From NCBI GenBank assembly GCA_035251445.1, contig DATFEG010000070.1:3563-67562 (forward strand): a DNA stretch of 64,000 bases, in the 5' to 3' direction. The DNA is from Gemmatimonadales bacterium (GTDB taxonomy: Bacteria > Gemmatimonadota > Gemmatimonadetes > Gemmatimonadales > GWC2-71-9). The notes under the pieces were generated by a model that was given only the letters and a program-made list of their open reading frames with translations, was not told the origin of the DNA and did no database searches. Shown here piece by piece: positions 46,087 through 55,354 of this stretch (positions within the stretch are counted from its first letter, which is position 1; every line of letters begins with the position of its first letter). Made by a program: the position numbers and the translations under genes.

Positions 46087-48215
46087 TGATCGGCTCAGCG
46101 GTCGCGTTACTTGCTCTCCAAGCCACTCCTCCCCCTCCCCCCACTCCCCCAGACACCGTCGTTCTGCAGCCCGTCAGCGTCACCGCGACCCGCCAAACGC
46201 TGAGTCTGTTCGCGGTGCCATTGGCCGTGACGCAACTCAAGAAGAGCGAGTGGTTTGGCATAACGGGCTATGGCCTCGATGATGCCCTGACGCTGGTTCC
46301 CGGCGTTGTCGCCCAGTCCCGCTACGGCAATCAGGACGTGCGCATCACGATCCGCGGCTATGGCGCGCGGGGTGCGGGCGATCGCTCGAATGCCGGCACG
46401 ACGCGCGGCATTCGCATCCTGCTCGACGGATTCCCGGAGACCGAGCCGGATGGCCGCACGTCCCTGGATGGTGTGGATCTCGCCGCGGCGCACGACGTCG
46501 AGATCGTGCGCTCCAACGCGTCGGCTGTGTGGGGAAACGCCGCGGGCGGCGTGGTGAGCATTTCCACCCTGCCCGGAGTCAGCGACCCACGGGCCAGCTT
46601 CGAGCCGATGGCGGGATCGTTTGGCCTGCAGCGCTATGCCGTGCGGGGCAGCATGCTCATGGGGTCCGGGATTCTGGGCGCGAGCTTCGTGCACAGCGTT
46701 GCCGATGGATGGCGCGCGCACTCGGCTAGTACGCGGTCGGTGCTCAACATGTCCATGCTGGCGCCCGTGAGCGACGAGACGCAGCTCGGCGTGTACGTGG
46801 TGGGGTCGCACAATCTGTTTCGCATCCCGGGACCGCTCACCGAGGCGCAGGCTGCCGTCGAGCCCCAACAAGCAAACTCCACCTACGTGGAGCGGGACGA
46901 ACGCCGCGACAATCGGGTGGCGCGACTGGGACTGGCGCTCGAGCATCGGGCCAGCCAGAAGGTCGGGATCTCGGCGATGCTGTACGCGAATCCCAAGGCG
47001 TTGCAGCGATCAGAACGGGGCACGTTCCGCGACTTTACGCGCTACCACCTCGGCGGCAACGGCGTCGTCCGAGTCGCCACACCGTTCGGAGCGGGCGTAC
47101 GAGGCGCGCTGGTTGTGGGAGCGGATTACGCGCTTCAGGATGGCGCGATTCTCTTCTATAGTCTCACGCCCCAGGGGACACGCGGAGATACGCTGCGCGA
47201 CAACAAGGCCGAAGCGGCCCGCAATGCCGGGATGTTTGTCGCCGAAGATCTGACGTTCGGGGCGAATGAGCGGTGGAATGTGTCCGTGGGGGCCCGCTAT
47301 GATGACATTACGTACGACTATCGCAGTTACATCAATCCCTCGCTGAACGATAAGAAATCCTTTACGGGCGTGACGCCGAAGCTTGGCGTGAGTTACCGCT
47401 TCACGTCGCAGCACAGCGTGTACGCTTCAATGGGTGGCGGCATCGAGGTCCCCGCGGGCAATGAGACGGATCCAGTGAGCACGTTCGGGCAGGATACCGT
47501 CTTTGGCATCAATCCGCTGCTCGAGCCGATTCGGTCCCTCACGGTTGAAATCGGGACGAAGCGACTGTGGGTGATCGGCACGAGCTCATTTGTTCGGGAG
47601 CTGAGCTACGATGTGGCGCTTTACCAAACGAACGTCAAAAATGAGATCATCCCGTATCGCGGGGGACAATTTTACTTCACCGCCGGCAGTGCGCGCCGGC
47701 GCGGTGCCGAGCTGGGGGTCCGTGTGGCAACCAGCGCCGGACTGTCAGTGCAGGCGGCGCTCACCTGGAACTCACACCGGTACACCGAATACCTGGTTGA
47801 TTCGGTCCATTACGACACGACCAAGCCGGGTGTCTTTGCCGACTATAGCGGCAACCACGTCGTGGGGGTCCCGGCATTCACCGGATCACTCGCACTCGAT
47901 GTCACGCCCGCCGCACTCAAGCCCGTTCGCCTGCGGGTCGGCGTGGAGAACATCGGATCCTTCTATACCGATGACGCCAATCAGGTGAACGTGCCTTCGT
48001 ACCGCATCGCCAACGCATCGCTGGGGACGGACCAGCCGTTCGCGTTGGGGGCTCGACTCGGGATTAACGCGTTCGTCACGGTGAACAATCTGTTCGACAG
48101 CCGCTATATCGCCTCGGCCTTCCTCAATCCGGATGTCGTTGGAGGGGAGCCCGTCGCGTTCGAGCCGGGACTCGCGCGCAACGTCGTCGTCGGCGTGTCG
48201 CTCGTGGCGCGCTAG
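46083..48215 (+). CDS. TonB-dependent outer-membrane receptor
   Basis: 710 aa with a signal peptide and plug motifs (VLQPVSVTATR, DVRITIRGYG, EIVRSNASAVWGNAAGGVVSI), then beta-barrel periodicity. Its start overlaps the permease stop. Confidence 0.85.
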   Translation: MMIGSAVALLALQATPPPPPTPPDTVVLQPVSVTATRQTLSLFAVPLAVTQLKKSEWFGITGYGLDDALTLVPGVVAQSRYGNQDVRITIRGYGARGAGDRSNAGTTRGIRILLDGFPETEPDGRTSLDGVDLAAAHDVEIVRSNASAVWGNAAGGVVSISTLPGVSDPRASFEPMAGSFGLQRYAVRGSMLMGSGILGASFVHSVADGWRAHSASTRSVLNMSMLAPVSDETQLGVYVVGSHNLFRIPGPLTEAQAAVEPQQANSTYVERDERRDNRVARLGLALEHRASQKVGISAMLYANPKALQRSERGTFRDFTRYHLGGNGVVRVATPFGAGVRGALVVGADYALQDGAILFYSLTPQGTRGDTLRDNKAEAARNAGMFVAEDLTFGANERWNVSVGARYDDITYDYRSYINPSLNDKKSFTGVTPKLGVSYRFTSQHSVYASMGGGIEVPAGNETDPVSTFGQDTVFGINPLLEPIRSLTVEIGTKRLWVIGTSSFVRELSYDVALYQTNVKNEIIPYRGGQFYFTAGSARRRGAELGVRVATSAGLSVQAALTWNSHRYTEYLVDSVHYDTTKPGVFADYSGNHVVGVPAFTGSLALDVTPAALKPVRLRVGVENIGSFYTDDANQVNVPSYRIANASLGTDQPFALGARLGINAFVTVNNLFDSRYIASAFLNPDVVGGEPVAFEPGLARNVVVGVSLVAR

Positions 48216-49633
48216 CGGCGCGCCGCCCCCCTCCCCAACGCCGCGTTCGTCGCTTCGTCCAGGATGCTCCAGATTCGGTCCACCCACTCGCGGTGCTCCG
48301 GTTTCATCATGACGGAGCGCAGGCAGACAATCGTGTCGCGATCCCTGCGCATGGGACCAACCTCGACCAGGTGCAGGGGGAGAGACACTAGTGCCAGGTG
48401 GAGCTGGCGATTCGCCGCTTCGGCAAAGACTCGTTTCGACAGATTCGATGCTTCCGATGCGCTCGAGGCGCGCGGGGCCCACACGAGAATGTCGAGCTCC
48501 GGCGCCGCCGCAGTGACGAAGCGGCCATCCTGCCGCAGCCGCGTGTGTAGCGCGAGCGCGGCGGCACGGCCGCTCTCCAGTCCTTTCGCAAATCCCCCAC
48601 CACGAACCAGGGGCAACAGCCGTTGCGTGGCCCACAGTGCAACCGCGGCGGCTCCGGGCCGGGAGCATTCGAGCGCGATCTCGCCGAGGTGGAGATCAGT
48701 GGACGTGTAATAGGTGTACGGTGACTCGTGGCGATAGAGCTGCCCGACCGCCGGTTCCTTGAAGAGCACGCAGCCACAGCCGTACGGTTGTAATCCATGC
48801 TTGTGGGGATCGATCACGACGGACGCTGCCTCCGCGATATGATCGAAGGCGCGTCGCGTCTCCGGTTCGAGATTGTCGGCAAGCAGGAAGTAGCCCCCAT
48901 AGGCGGCGTCGGCATGCACGCGGAAGTGATGGTGCCGCTCCCGCCGTAGCGCGACTATCGCATCGAGCGGGTCGACCGCCCCGGTCGCGGTCGTCCCAAG
49001 CGTCGCGACGACTGTGCCCACTCCACCCGCGGCGAGGCGCCGCTCGAGCGCGTGCACATCCATCCGCCCGCGGCGATCGCATGGAATCGTCTCGAACGGC
49101 AGTCCGAGCACGCCGGCGATGCGTTGATGTGTATAGTGTGCCTGAGTCGACGCGAGGATCGTTTGTCCCGGGTGCAGCTGGCTCGCGATCCACAGCGCTT
49201 CGAGATTCGCCATCGTGCCGCCGCCGCAGAGATGACCGAGATGCGTCGGCCACCCGATCATCCTGGCCAGCTCGGCAACAGCCTCCTTCTCCATCGCGGA
49301 GCTGGCGCGGCCGCCGTCGAGCGCATGGTTGTTGGGATTGAGCTGCAATGCCAGCTCATAGGCAAGCCGCGCGACAGGGTGCGGGGGCTTGAGCATCTGG
49401 CCGGCGTAGAGCGGATGGAAGTAGGGATAATTGTCGTGAAGACGATACGCGACTTCGGTCAACACTCCCTCGATGGCAGCCAGATTTGTTGATGGATCCA
49501 TGGGAGGCAGATGGACGAAGCCTCTGCTGAGACGTTCGAGGGCGTTGGCGAGGAGATGGAGCGTACCTGGTGGCCCGAGTGCATTCTCGAGCGCGTTCTC
49601 GCGGAGCGGCTCGAGGCTACCGCTGTTCTTCAA
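48212..49633 (-). CDS. PLP-dependent group II decarboxylase-like enzyme
   Basis: 473 aa, with GGTMANLEALW and the DPHKHGLQPYGCG lysine motif. Confidence 0.8.
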   Translation of the reverse strand: MKNSGSLEPLRENALENALGPPGTLHLLANALERLSRGFVHLPPMDPSTNLAAIEGVLTEVAYRLHDNYPYFHPLYAGQMLKPPHPVARLAYELALQLNPNNHALDGGRASSAMEKEAVAELARMIGWPTHLGHLCGGGTMANLEALWIASQLHPGQTILASTQAHYTHQRIAGVLGLPFETIPCDRRGRMDVHALERRLAAGGVGTVVATLGTTATGAVDPLDAIVALRRERHHHFRVHADAAYGGYFLLADNLEPETRRAFDHIAEAASVVIDPHKHGLQPYGCGCVLFKEPAVGQLYRHESPYTYYTSTDLHLGEIALECSRPGAAAVALWATQRLLPLVRGGGFAKGLESGRAAALALHTRLRQDGRFVTAAAPELDILVWAPRASSASEASNLSKRVFAEAANRQLHLALVSLPLHLVEVGPMRRDRDTIVCLRSVMMKPEHREWVDRIWSILDEATNAALGRGAARR

Positions 49634-50735
49634 ACGCCCTCAGGTACATCCGGTCCCACGCCGCCGGAATACTCTCGCGTGGCGAGTACGGCCCTGGCTG
49701 GTAGATGCGGGAGCTGACGCCCAGCTGGCTCCGCTCGCAGATGTGCCAGTCCTGACGGTTGGTGCGATCCCAAAACTCTTCAGCGTCCTGGATGTTGTAG
49801 CCCGCGGCCGCCGGCGCGTCGGGATGCACCATCCATTCGCAGATCACGCGGGACTGCGCGGGGCCGACCGGCCAGACCGTGTAAAACACCGCGTAGTCGG
49901 GATGCAGGCTCAACATCATCGTGGGGAACAACGCGTAGTAGAACGCGCGCCGCTGGTCTTCCGCGGGAAGCTGACCCAGCGGCAGCGCGCACGCCCGCCC
50001 GCTCATGGTCGCGCTTTCGTTCGGGGCCTTGATCTCCATGTATCCGCCGAGGAATGGTCCCTCGATCAGGTCGTTCGCCCCGCTCGTGTACGGTAGCTTG
50101 GTCGTCAGCTCCGGATGGATAGTGGGGCAGTGGAGGCACTCGTTGTAGTTCTGGAGAATCAGCTTCCAGTTCGCGCGGACGTCGTACTCGATGTGCCGCA
50201 CCGCGCGCAACCGGGGCAGGTTGTAGAGAGTGAATCGGTCGTTGAGCGGCGCGAACCACTGCGCCGCATTCGCCGCGGGGTCGAGACTCAAGAATAGGAA
50301 GCCTTCCCACTCGGCCAGCGCCACTCGGTGCAACGGGTACGCTGTCTTGTCAAAGCCTTCCACCTCGTTCATGTGCGGCGCACCGATCAAACGGCCGTCG
50401 AGCGCGTACGTCCATGCGTGGTAGGGGCACTGGATAGTTTCGGAAAGCTTGCCGCTGGTTGATTCGCAAATCCGCGTTCCGCGATGGCGGCAGACGTTGT
50501 AATAGGCCCGCCGCTCGCCAGACTGATCCCGCAGCACGATGATGCTTTCGCCCGCGATCTCCACAAGGAAGTAATCACCCGGAGCCGAGAGTCCCGCGTC
50601 GCGGCCGACGCAGATCCAGTGACGGGCGAAGATGCGCTCTTGCTCCTCTGCGAACACCGCCGGCGCCGTGTAATAACGGCCCGGCAGTGTGCGCGCTCCC
50701 TGGCGATAGCTCTCGACGGTCCTCAGGAACGTCAT
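49617..50735 (-). CDS. Rieske [2Fe-2S] non-heme-iron oxygenase alpha-subunit-like protein
   Basis: CRHRGTRIC...CPYHAW Rieske motif and an SRPBCC-like C-terminal domain. The ATG at 50735 overlaps the upstream stop (ATGA). Confidence 0.85.
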   Translation of the reverse strand: MTFLRTVESYRQGARTLPGRYYTAPAVFAEEQERIFARHWICVGRDAGLSAPGDYFLVEIAGESIIVLRDQSGERRAYYNVCRHRGTRICESTSGKLSETIQCPYHAWTYALDGRLIGAPHMNEVEGFDKTAYPLHRVALAEWEGFLFLSLDPAANAAQWFAPLNDRFTLYNLPRLRAVRHIEYDVRANWKLILQNYNECLHCPTIHPELTTKLPYTSGANDLIEGPFLGGYMEIKAPNESATMSGRACALPLGQLPAEDQRRAFYYALFPTMMLSLHPDYAVFYTVWPVGPAQSRVICEWMVHPDAPAAAGYNIQDAEEFWDRTNRQDWHICERSQLGVSSRIYQPGPYSPRESIPAAWDRMYLRAFEEQR

Positions 50736-52135
50736 AGGATCTCCCGCGCCGCGTTGCGCCCCGCTGCTCCTGGAATCCCGCCGCCCGGGTGCGTCCCGGA
50801 GCCGCACAGGTACAGCCCCTCGATCGGCGTGCGATAGCGGCTCCAGCCGGGGACGGGGCGCATGAACAGAATCTGGTCGAGAGTGAGCTCTCCGTGGTAG
50901 AGGTGGCCTCCACTGGCGCCACGCTGCGTGTGGTCCTCATCCGGCGACTGCAGCTTCACCTGGCCGGGCTGCGCCCCGAGCAACCGCGCGACGTTCTGTT
51001 GAAGGGCCTGGTGTCGCGACGCGCTTACCGTCCCATCCGTGAAGGGGACGTATTGCACATGCAGCTCGAGACGATTCCCGTCGGTGCGCTGCACTTCGAC
51101 GTACGGAGAGGCCGAGTCTTTGCCGTACTTGGCATCGTCATACGCGCGCTCCAGGTAGTCGAGCGAGGGCGCAATACAGAGATTCGCATAACTCGGCGCG
51201 CGCTCGAGCGTGAGCGTCCCGCGTGCAACCACACCACGCAGCTTGATGTTGTCCACGGCGCGAACGAATTCCGGGTCGAGCTCGATGGCGACAGGGTCCA
51301 GCGTCGCGCGCGGATCGGCGCTCGACATGACCCATGGCGCGAGCAGCGTATCACCGCTGGGCTTCAACACAACGCCGGTCGCCCGGCCGTTCGGGGCGAG
51401 CACGGTGGCGCGGTTGCCCCGACGTATTTCCACCCGCTTCATCCCGTCCAATACCTGCGTCACGTTCGAATGTACCGGACGGAACACGCCCGCCGGGCTG
51501 CCGGCGTGATGATGCAGGAAGCTGAAGGCCGTCCCCCCCGATCGGGGTCCCTGCTTCAAGTGCCAGATCCCGAGCGCGCCGAGCGCTCCCTTCAACACGT
51601 CGCTCTCGAACCAGTCGTCGAGCAGTTCCGCGATGGACATCGGCAGCACGCGAGCGAGGTCGATGACCGCCTGCTTACCGAGCCGTCGGACGTAGAGACC
51701 CAGGCCGCCGAGACGCGCCAGCTCACGCGGGTCGCGGGTCTCGATGTCGGGGGGCGGCGCGAGGTAGAGCCTTTCGAGAACACCCGCGAGCGTTCGCATG
51801 CGGCGGCAGAACTCCGGCCATTTCGACGCGTCGGGGGGACTGATACGGCGGATCGCCTCGACGGATCGTTGCAGGTTCCGAGACAGCTCGAGCGTGCCGC
51901 CGCCGTCGAGCGGGACGGTGAGCCACGGGTCTGGTTGCTCGAGCCGTAGCTGACTCAATCCCAAATCGCGAATGACCTCGGCTGGCACCCAGCCGATATC
52001 GGCGGAGTCGTCAGCCGATGCACGCTGTTCCACGACGACGACGCGTTTGCCGGCCCGGGCGAGGTAATGTGCGGTGACGAGGCCGTTGGCGCCGGCGCCG
52101 ATCACGATCGCGTCGTAACCGTCTCGCCGGTTCAT
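50732..52135 (-). CDS. FAD-dependent oxidoreductase, phytoene-desaturase (CrtI)/PYROXD2-like family, copy B
   Basis: YDAIVIGAGANGLVTAHYLARAGKRVVVVEQR at the N-terminus and GSGTHPGGGIPG at the C-terminus. The ATG at 52135 overlaps the upstream stop. Confidence 0.85.
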   Translation of the reverse strand: MNRRDGYDAIVIGAGANGLVTAHYLARAGKRVVVVEQRASADDSADIGWVPAEVIRDLGLSQLRLEQPDPWLTVPLDGGGTLELSRNLQRSVEAIRRISPPDASKWPEFCRRMRTLAGVLERLYLAPPPDIETRDPRELARLGGLGLYVRRLGKQAVIDLARVLPMSIAELLDDWFESDVLKGALGALGIWHLKQGPRSGGTAFSFLHHHAGSPAGVFRPVHSNVTQVLDGMKRVEIRRGNRATVLAPNGRATGVVLKPSGDTLLAPWVMSSADPRATLDPVAIELDPEFVRAVDNIKLRGVVARGTLTLERAPSYANLCIAPSLDYLERAYDDAKYGKDSASPYVEVQRTDGNRLELHVQYVPFTDGTVSASRHQALQQNVARLLGAQPGQVKLQSPDEDHTQRGASGGHLYHGELTLDQILFMRPVPGWSRYRTPIEGLYLCGSGTHPGGGIPGAAGRNAAREIL

Positions 52136-53760
52136 CGACTCCCAACCCCCCGGTCCTTCAGAATACGCATCGCGGCGAGCCGTCCCGAGGCGCCCATGAT
52201 GCCGCCGCCCGGGTGCGTGCCCGACCCGGATTGGTAGAAGCCGCGGATCGGCGTTGCGAATTTGGCCCATCCCGGGGCGGGGCGTAGAAAGAACAGCTGA
52301 TGCAGCGCCAATTCTCCCGCGAAGATGTTGCCCTCGCTGAGCCCGGTGATGCGCTCGATATCAACCGGTGTAATCACCTGCCGGTGCAGGATCTTCGACT
52401 TGAACCCTGGAGCGAAGCTCTCGACTGTATTCACCACCGCATCACCGAACGCTTCGCGTTTAGCGTCATTCCAACCGCCATTCAGGTGATACGGAGCGTA
52501 CTGTACGAAAATCGACATGACGTGTTTGCCCGGCGGCGCCATACCGGGATCGATCACGGATGGGAAGACGATGTCCATGTACGGACGCCGCGAAAACTCG
52601 CCGTATTTCGCGTCGTCGTAGGCACGCTCTACATAGTCGAGACTGGGACTGATCGAGACGGCGCCGCGATGCAGCCTGCCACCGGCGCCGTCGGGCAGGC
52701 AGGTGAACGTGGGGAGCGAATCGAGCGCGATGTTCACCTTGCCCGATGACCCACGAAACTTGAAGCGCTTGATGTCCGACACGAATTCGGGCGGCAGCTG
52801 ATCGGTATCGAGCAACTGCAAGAAGGTGCGGCGCGGGTCGAGGCTCGACACCACGGTCGCGGCGTCGATCTCGTCTCCGTTTTCCAGCACCACGCCGGTG
52901 GCCTTGCCGTTCCGGACGACCACTTTCGACACCCCGGCGTCGCACCGGATATCGGCCCCGAACGAGCGCGCCGCGGAGGCGATCGCTTCGCTGACAGCGC
53001 CCGTACCTCCTTTGGCGAATCCCCAGGCGCGGAACACGCCGTCCAGCTCACCCATGTAATGATGAAGGAGAACGTAGGCCGTTCCCGGCGAGCGTGGACC
53101 AAGGAAGGTGCCGATGATCCCGCTGGCAGACTTCGTGGCCTTGAGCACGTCGGTCTCGAACCACTCATCGAGAAAGTCGGCGGAGCTCATCGTCATCAAC
53201 TTGACGAGCGCGTGCAAACGCTCGCCGCCGAGGCCACGAAAGTGCTTGCCGAGCCGCAGCAGTGCGGCCAGATCGCCCGGTGCGAAAGACGTGGGATCCG
53301 GCGGAACCATGCTCAGGATCGGCTTCACGGCCTGCGCCATGAAGTGCATGAGCCGGCCGTACTCGTCGTACGCCTCGGCATCGCGGGGCGAGTGGCGATA
53401 CAGCTCGCGTCGCGTCTCATCGTGGTCGGCCCATGCCGCGAAGTAATCGCCGTTTTCCATCGGCGTAACCGTGCTCTCGAGCGGCAGGATGTGCAGACCA
53501 TGCCGCGGCAAATCGAGATCGCGGATGATCTCGGGCCTGAGCAAGCTGACGACATAAGAGAACATGGAGAACTTGAAGCCCGGGAAGATCTCTTCGGTGA
53601 CCGCGGCGCCACCCACGCGCGGCCGTCGCTCCAGCACCAGCACCCGCTTTCCCGCGCGCGCGAGATAGGCGGCAGTCACCAGACCATTGTGGCCGCCCCC
53701 AATGACGATGACGTCGTAGCGCGTGGCCCGCGTGGCCCCCGCATCCGCGATTCGCGCCAT
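52132..53760 (-). CDS. FAD-dependent oxidoreductase, phytoene-desaturase (CrtI)/PYROXD2-like family, copy A
   Basis: YDVIVIGGGHNGLVTAAYLARAGKRVLVLERR, FPGFKFSMFSYVVSLLRP and GSGTHPGGGIMG. The upstream 300 aa of the 850-aa track ORF is an alternate-frame artefact over the GcvT-like gene. Confidence 0.85.
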   Translation of the reverse strand: MARIADAGATRATRYDVIVIGGGHNGLVTAAYLARAGKRVLVLERRPRVGGAAVTEEIFPGFKFSMFSYVVSLLRPEIIRDLDLPRHGLHILPLESTVTPMENGDYFAAWADHDETRRELYRHSPRDAEAYDEYGRLMHFMAQAVKPILSMVPPDPTSFAPGDLAALLRLGKHFRGLGGERLHALVKLMTMSSADFLDEWFETDVLKATKSASGIIGTFLGPRSPGTAYVLLHHYMGELDGVFRAWGFAKGGTGAVSEAIASAARSFGADIRCDAGVSKVVVRNGKATGVVLENGDEIDAATVVSSLDPRRTFLQLLDTDQLPPEFVSDIKRFKFRGSSGKVNIALDSLPTFTCLPDGAGGRLHRGAVSISPSLDYVERAYDDAKYGEFSRRPYMDIVFPSVIDPGMAPPGKHVMSIFVQYAPYHLNGGWNDAKREAFGDAVVNTVESFAPGFKSKILHRQVITPVDIERITGLSEGNIFAGELALHQLFFLRPAPGWAKFATPIRGFYQSGSGTHPGGGIMGASGRLAAMRILKDRGVGSR

Positions 53761-54953
53761 CAGGCTCGCTTCCGCTCGGGATTGAAGAATGGCAGCGTAG
53801 TCACGTGGGCGGTGGCTTGCTTGCGCCGGTGCTCCACCGTGATTTCCATGCGCAACTGCGTGCCGGGCGCGGCGCTCGGCGACTCGAGATGCGCGAGCGC
53901 CATGTATTGCTTGAGAAGCGGCGACCAGCCGCCACTCGTCGCATAACCCACCTGGCGACCGCCGGGATCGTAAACCGGGACGCTCATGCGCCAGGCTTGG
54001 GTTGGCACGCGCGGTGGAAGCCCTACTTCGGCGTAGAGCTTCTCGAGCGAGTCCCAATCCACCGCCAGGCCGGTGAACTGCCACGCGGGCCCGCGGCGCC
54101 GCTCGGCCTCGAGCGCGCCCCGCCCATTGTAGCGCTCCTTGTCCGTTGCCACGGTCCACCCGAGTCCTAGCTCGAGCGGCGATGACTTCTGCGCCTCGAT
54201 GAGCGCGTGACGGGAAGAGAAGTAGTCGACTTCGATGAGGAGCAAGCCTGCTTCGATGCGCGCGACGTCGAGCGCCAGCATACCGGCAGGCGTGACGCCG
54301 TACGGCGCGCCCGTTTCGATCAGCGCGTCCCACAGCGGGACCGCTTGCGCCGCGTCCACCCAGATCTCGTAGCCAAGGTCGCCGGTGTAGCCGGTTCGGG
54401 AGATCGTGACCGGGATGCCGCGGATCTGCGCGCTGGTGAGCCTGAAGTACTTCAGTCCCCCGAGGTCGCGTTCGGCCGCGATCTGGAGAATCGCGCGAGA
54501 GTTGGGGCCTTGGAGCGACAACGCCGCGGTGCGCTCCGAGACGTCTTCGATCGAGACATCGAGGCCCGAGCCATTCAGGTGCAGCCACCGCAGGGTCGGA
54601 TCGGCGGCCGTCATGCGGAACCGGTGCTCCTCCAACACCGAGATGGTCCCGTCGTCGATCTGCTTGCCCTCGGCATCGCACCATGGCGTGTAGAGCACCT
54701 GCCCGACCTTCGCCTTGCCGACGTTACGCGTCACGACGTGATCGAGCAGGCGCGCGGCGTCGCGGCCGGTGACCAAATACTTGTACAACGGCGAGACGTC
54801 GAACAGCGCGGCTGCGTTGCGGATCGCGTGATATTCGCGCTCGTGCGACAGCTCGTATGCGCTGGCGACGACGTAGCCTGCCCAGCGCCGCCAGGCTTGG
54901 CCCTGGGAGAGCGGCCCGGTGCGCGCGTGAAACGGGGTGGTGCGGAGACTCAC
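53760..54953 (-). CDS. Aminomethyltransferase (GcvT) family protein
   Basis: 397 aa. TPFHARTGPL...EYHAIRNAAALFDVSPLYKYLVTGRDAARLLDHVVTRNV is typical of the GcvT/DmdA/sarcosine-oxidase-type folate-binding fold. Confidence 0.85.
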   Translation of the reverse strand: MSLRTTPFHARTGPLSQGQAWRRWAGYVVASAYELSHEREYHAIRNAAALFDVSPLYKYLVTGRDAARLLDHVVTRNVGKAKVGQVLYTPWCDAEGKQIDDGTISVLEEHRFRMTAADPTLRWLHLNGSGLDVSIEDVSERTAALSLQGPNSRAILQIAAERDLGGLKYFRLTSAQIRGIPVTISRTGYTGDLGYEIWVDAAQAVPLWDALIETGAPYGVTPAGMLALDVARIEAGLLLIEVDYFSSRHALIEAQKSSPLELGLGWTVATDKERYNGRGALEAERRRGPAWQFTGLAVDWDSLEKLYAEVGLPPRVPTQAWRMSVPVYDPGGRQVGYATSGGWSPLLKQYMALAHLESPSAAPGTQLRMEITVEHRRKQATAHVTTLPFFNPERKRA

Positions 54954-55354
54954 GACGAGACGTGCGTCTCGGCCGGGGCGAAGATGACCAGCACTTGCAG
55001 CTGTGCGGTGATCGAATGGAAATGGTGCTCGACCCCCGCGGGCACAAACACCGCCGAACCGGCTGCGACGGGCCGATCCTCGGTGCCGACACGGATCGTC
55101 GCCCGGCCATTCACGACGTAGTACAGCTCGTCTTCCTTGTGGGGCCCCTGGCGATCGGGTTCGCCGGGCTGCAACACGTACAGTCCCGCCGACATGGCAG
55201 GGACTCGGATCAATTCGAAGTAGTTGTGACCGGCCGGGCGTTCGGCAAAGAGCCGCGGGAGCTCGAAGTTTTCCATATCCGGGCGCGAAATCTCACGCCG
55301 CCGGGCCGTTCGTGCAAATTTCGCGTGATGCGCCTGCACCTGGTCGAGGTTCAT
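54950..55354 (-). CDS. Cupin-domain protein (134 aa)
   Basis: GPHKEDELYYVVNGRATIRVGTEDRPVAAGSAVFVPAGVEHHFHSI. I use the internal ATG at 55354. The stop overlaps the GTG of the next gene. Confidence 0.7.
   Translation of the reverse strand: MNLDQVQAHHAKFARTARRREISRPDMENFELPRLFAERPAGHNYFELIRVPAMSAGLYVLQPGEPDRQGPHKEDELYYVVNGRATIRVGTEDRPVAAGSAVFVPAGVEHHFHSITAQLQVLVIFAPAETHVSS

Noticed and set aside
52132-54684. An 850-aa ORF in the track, suggesting a giant fusion protein
   Set aside because: Only the C-terminal 542 aa (from the ATG at 53760, MARIADAG...YDVIVIGGGHNG) look like a real protein. The N-terminal 300 aa are R/A/P-rich and lie in an alternate frame over the well-supported GcvT-like gene. 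This is a typical high-GC open-frame artefact.
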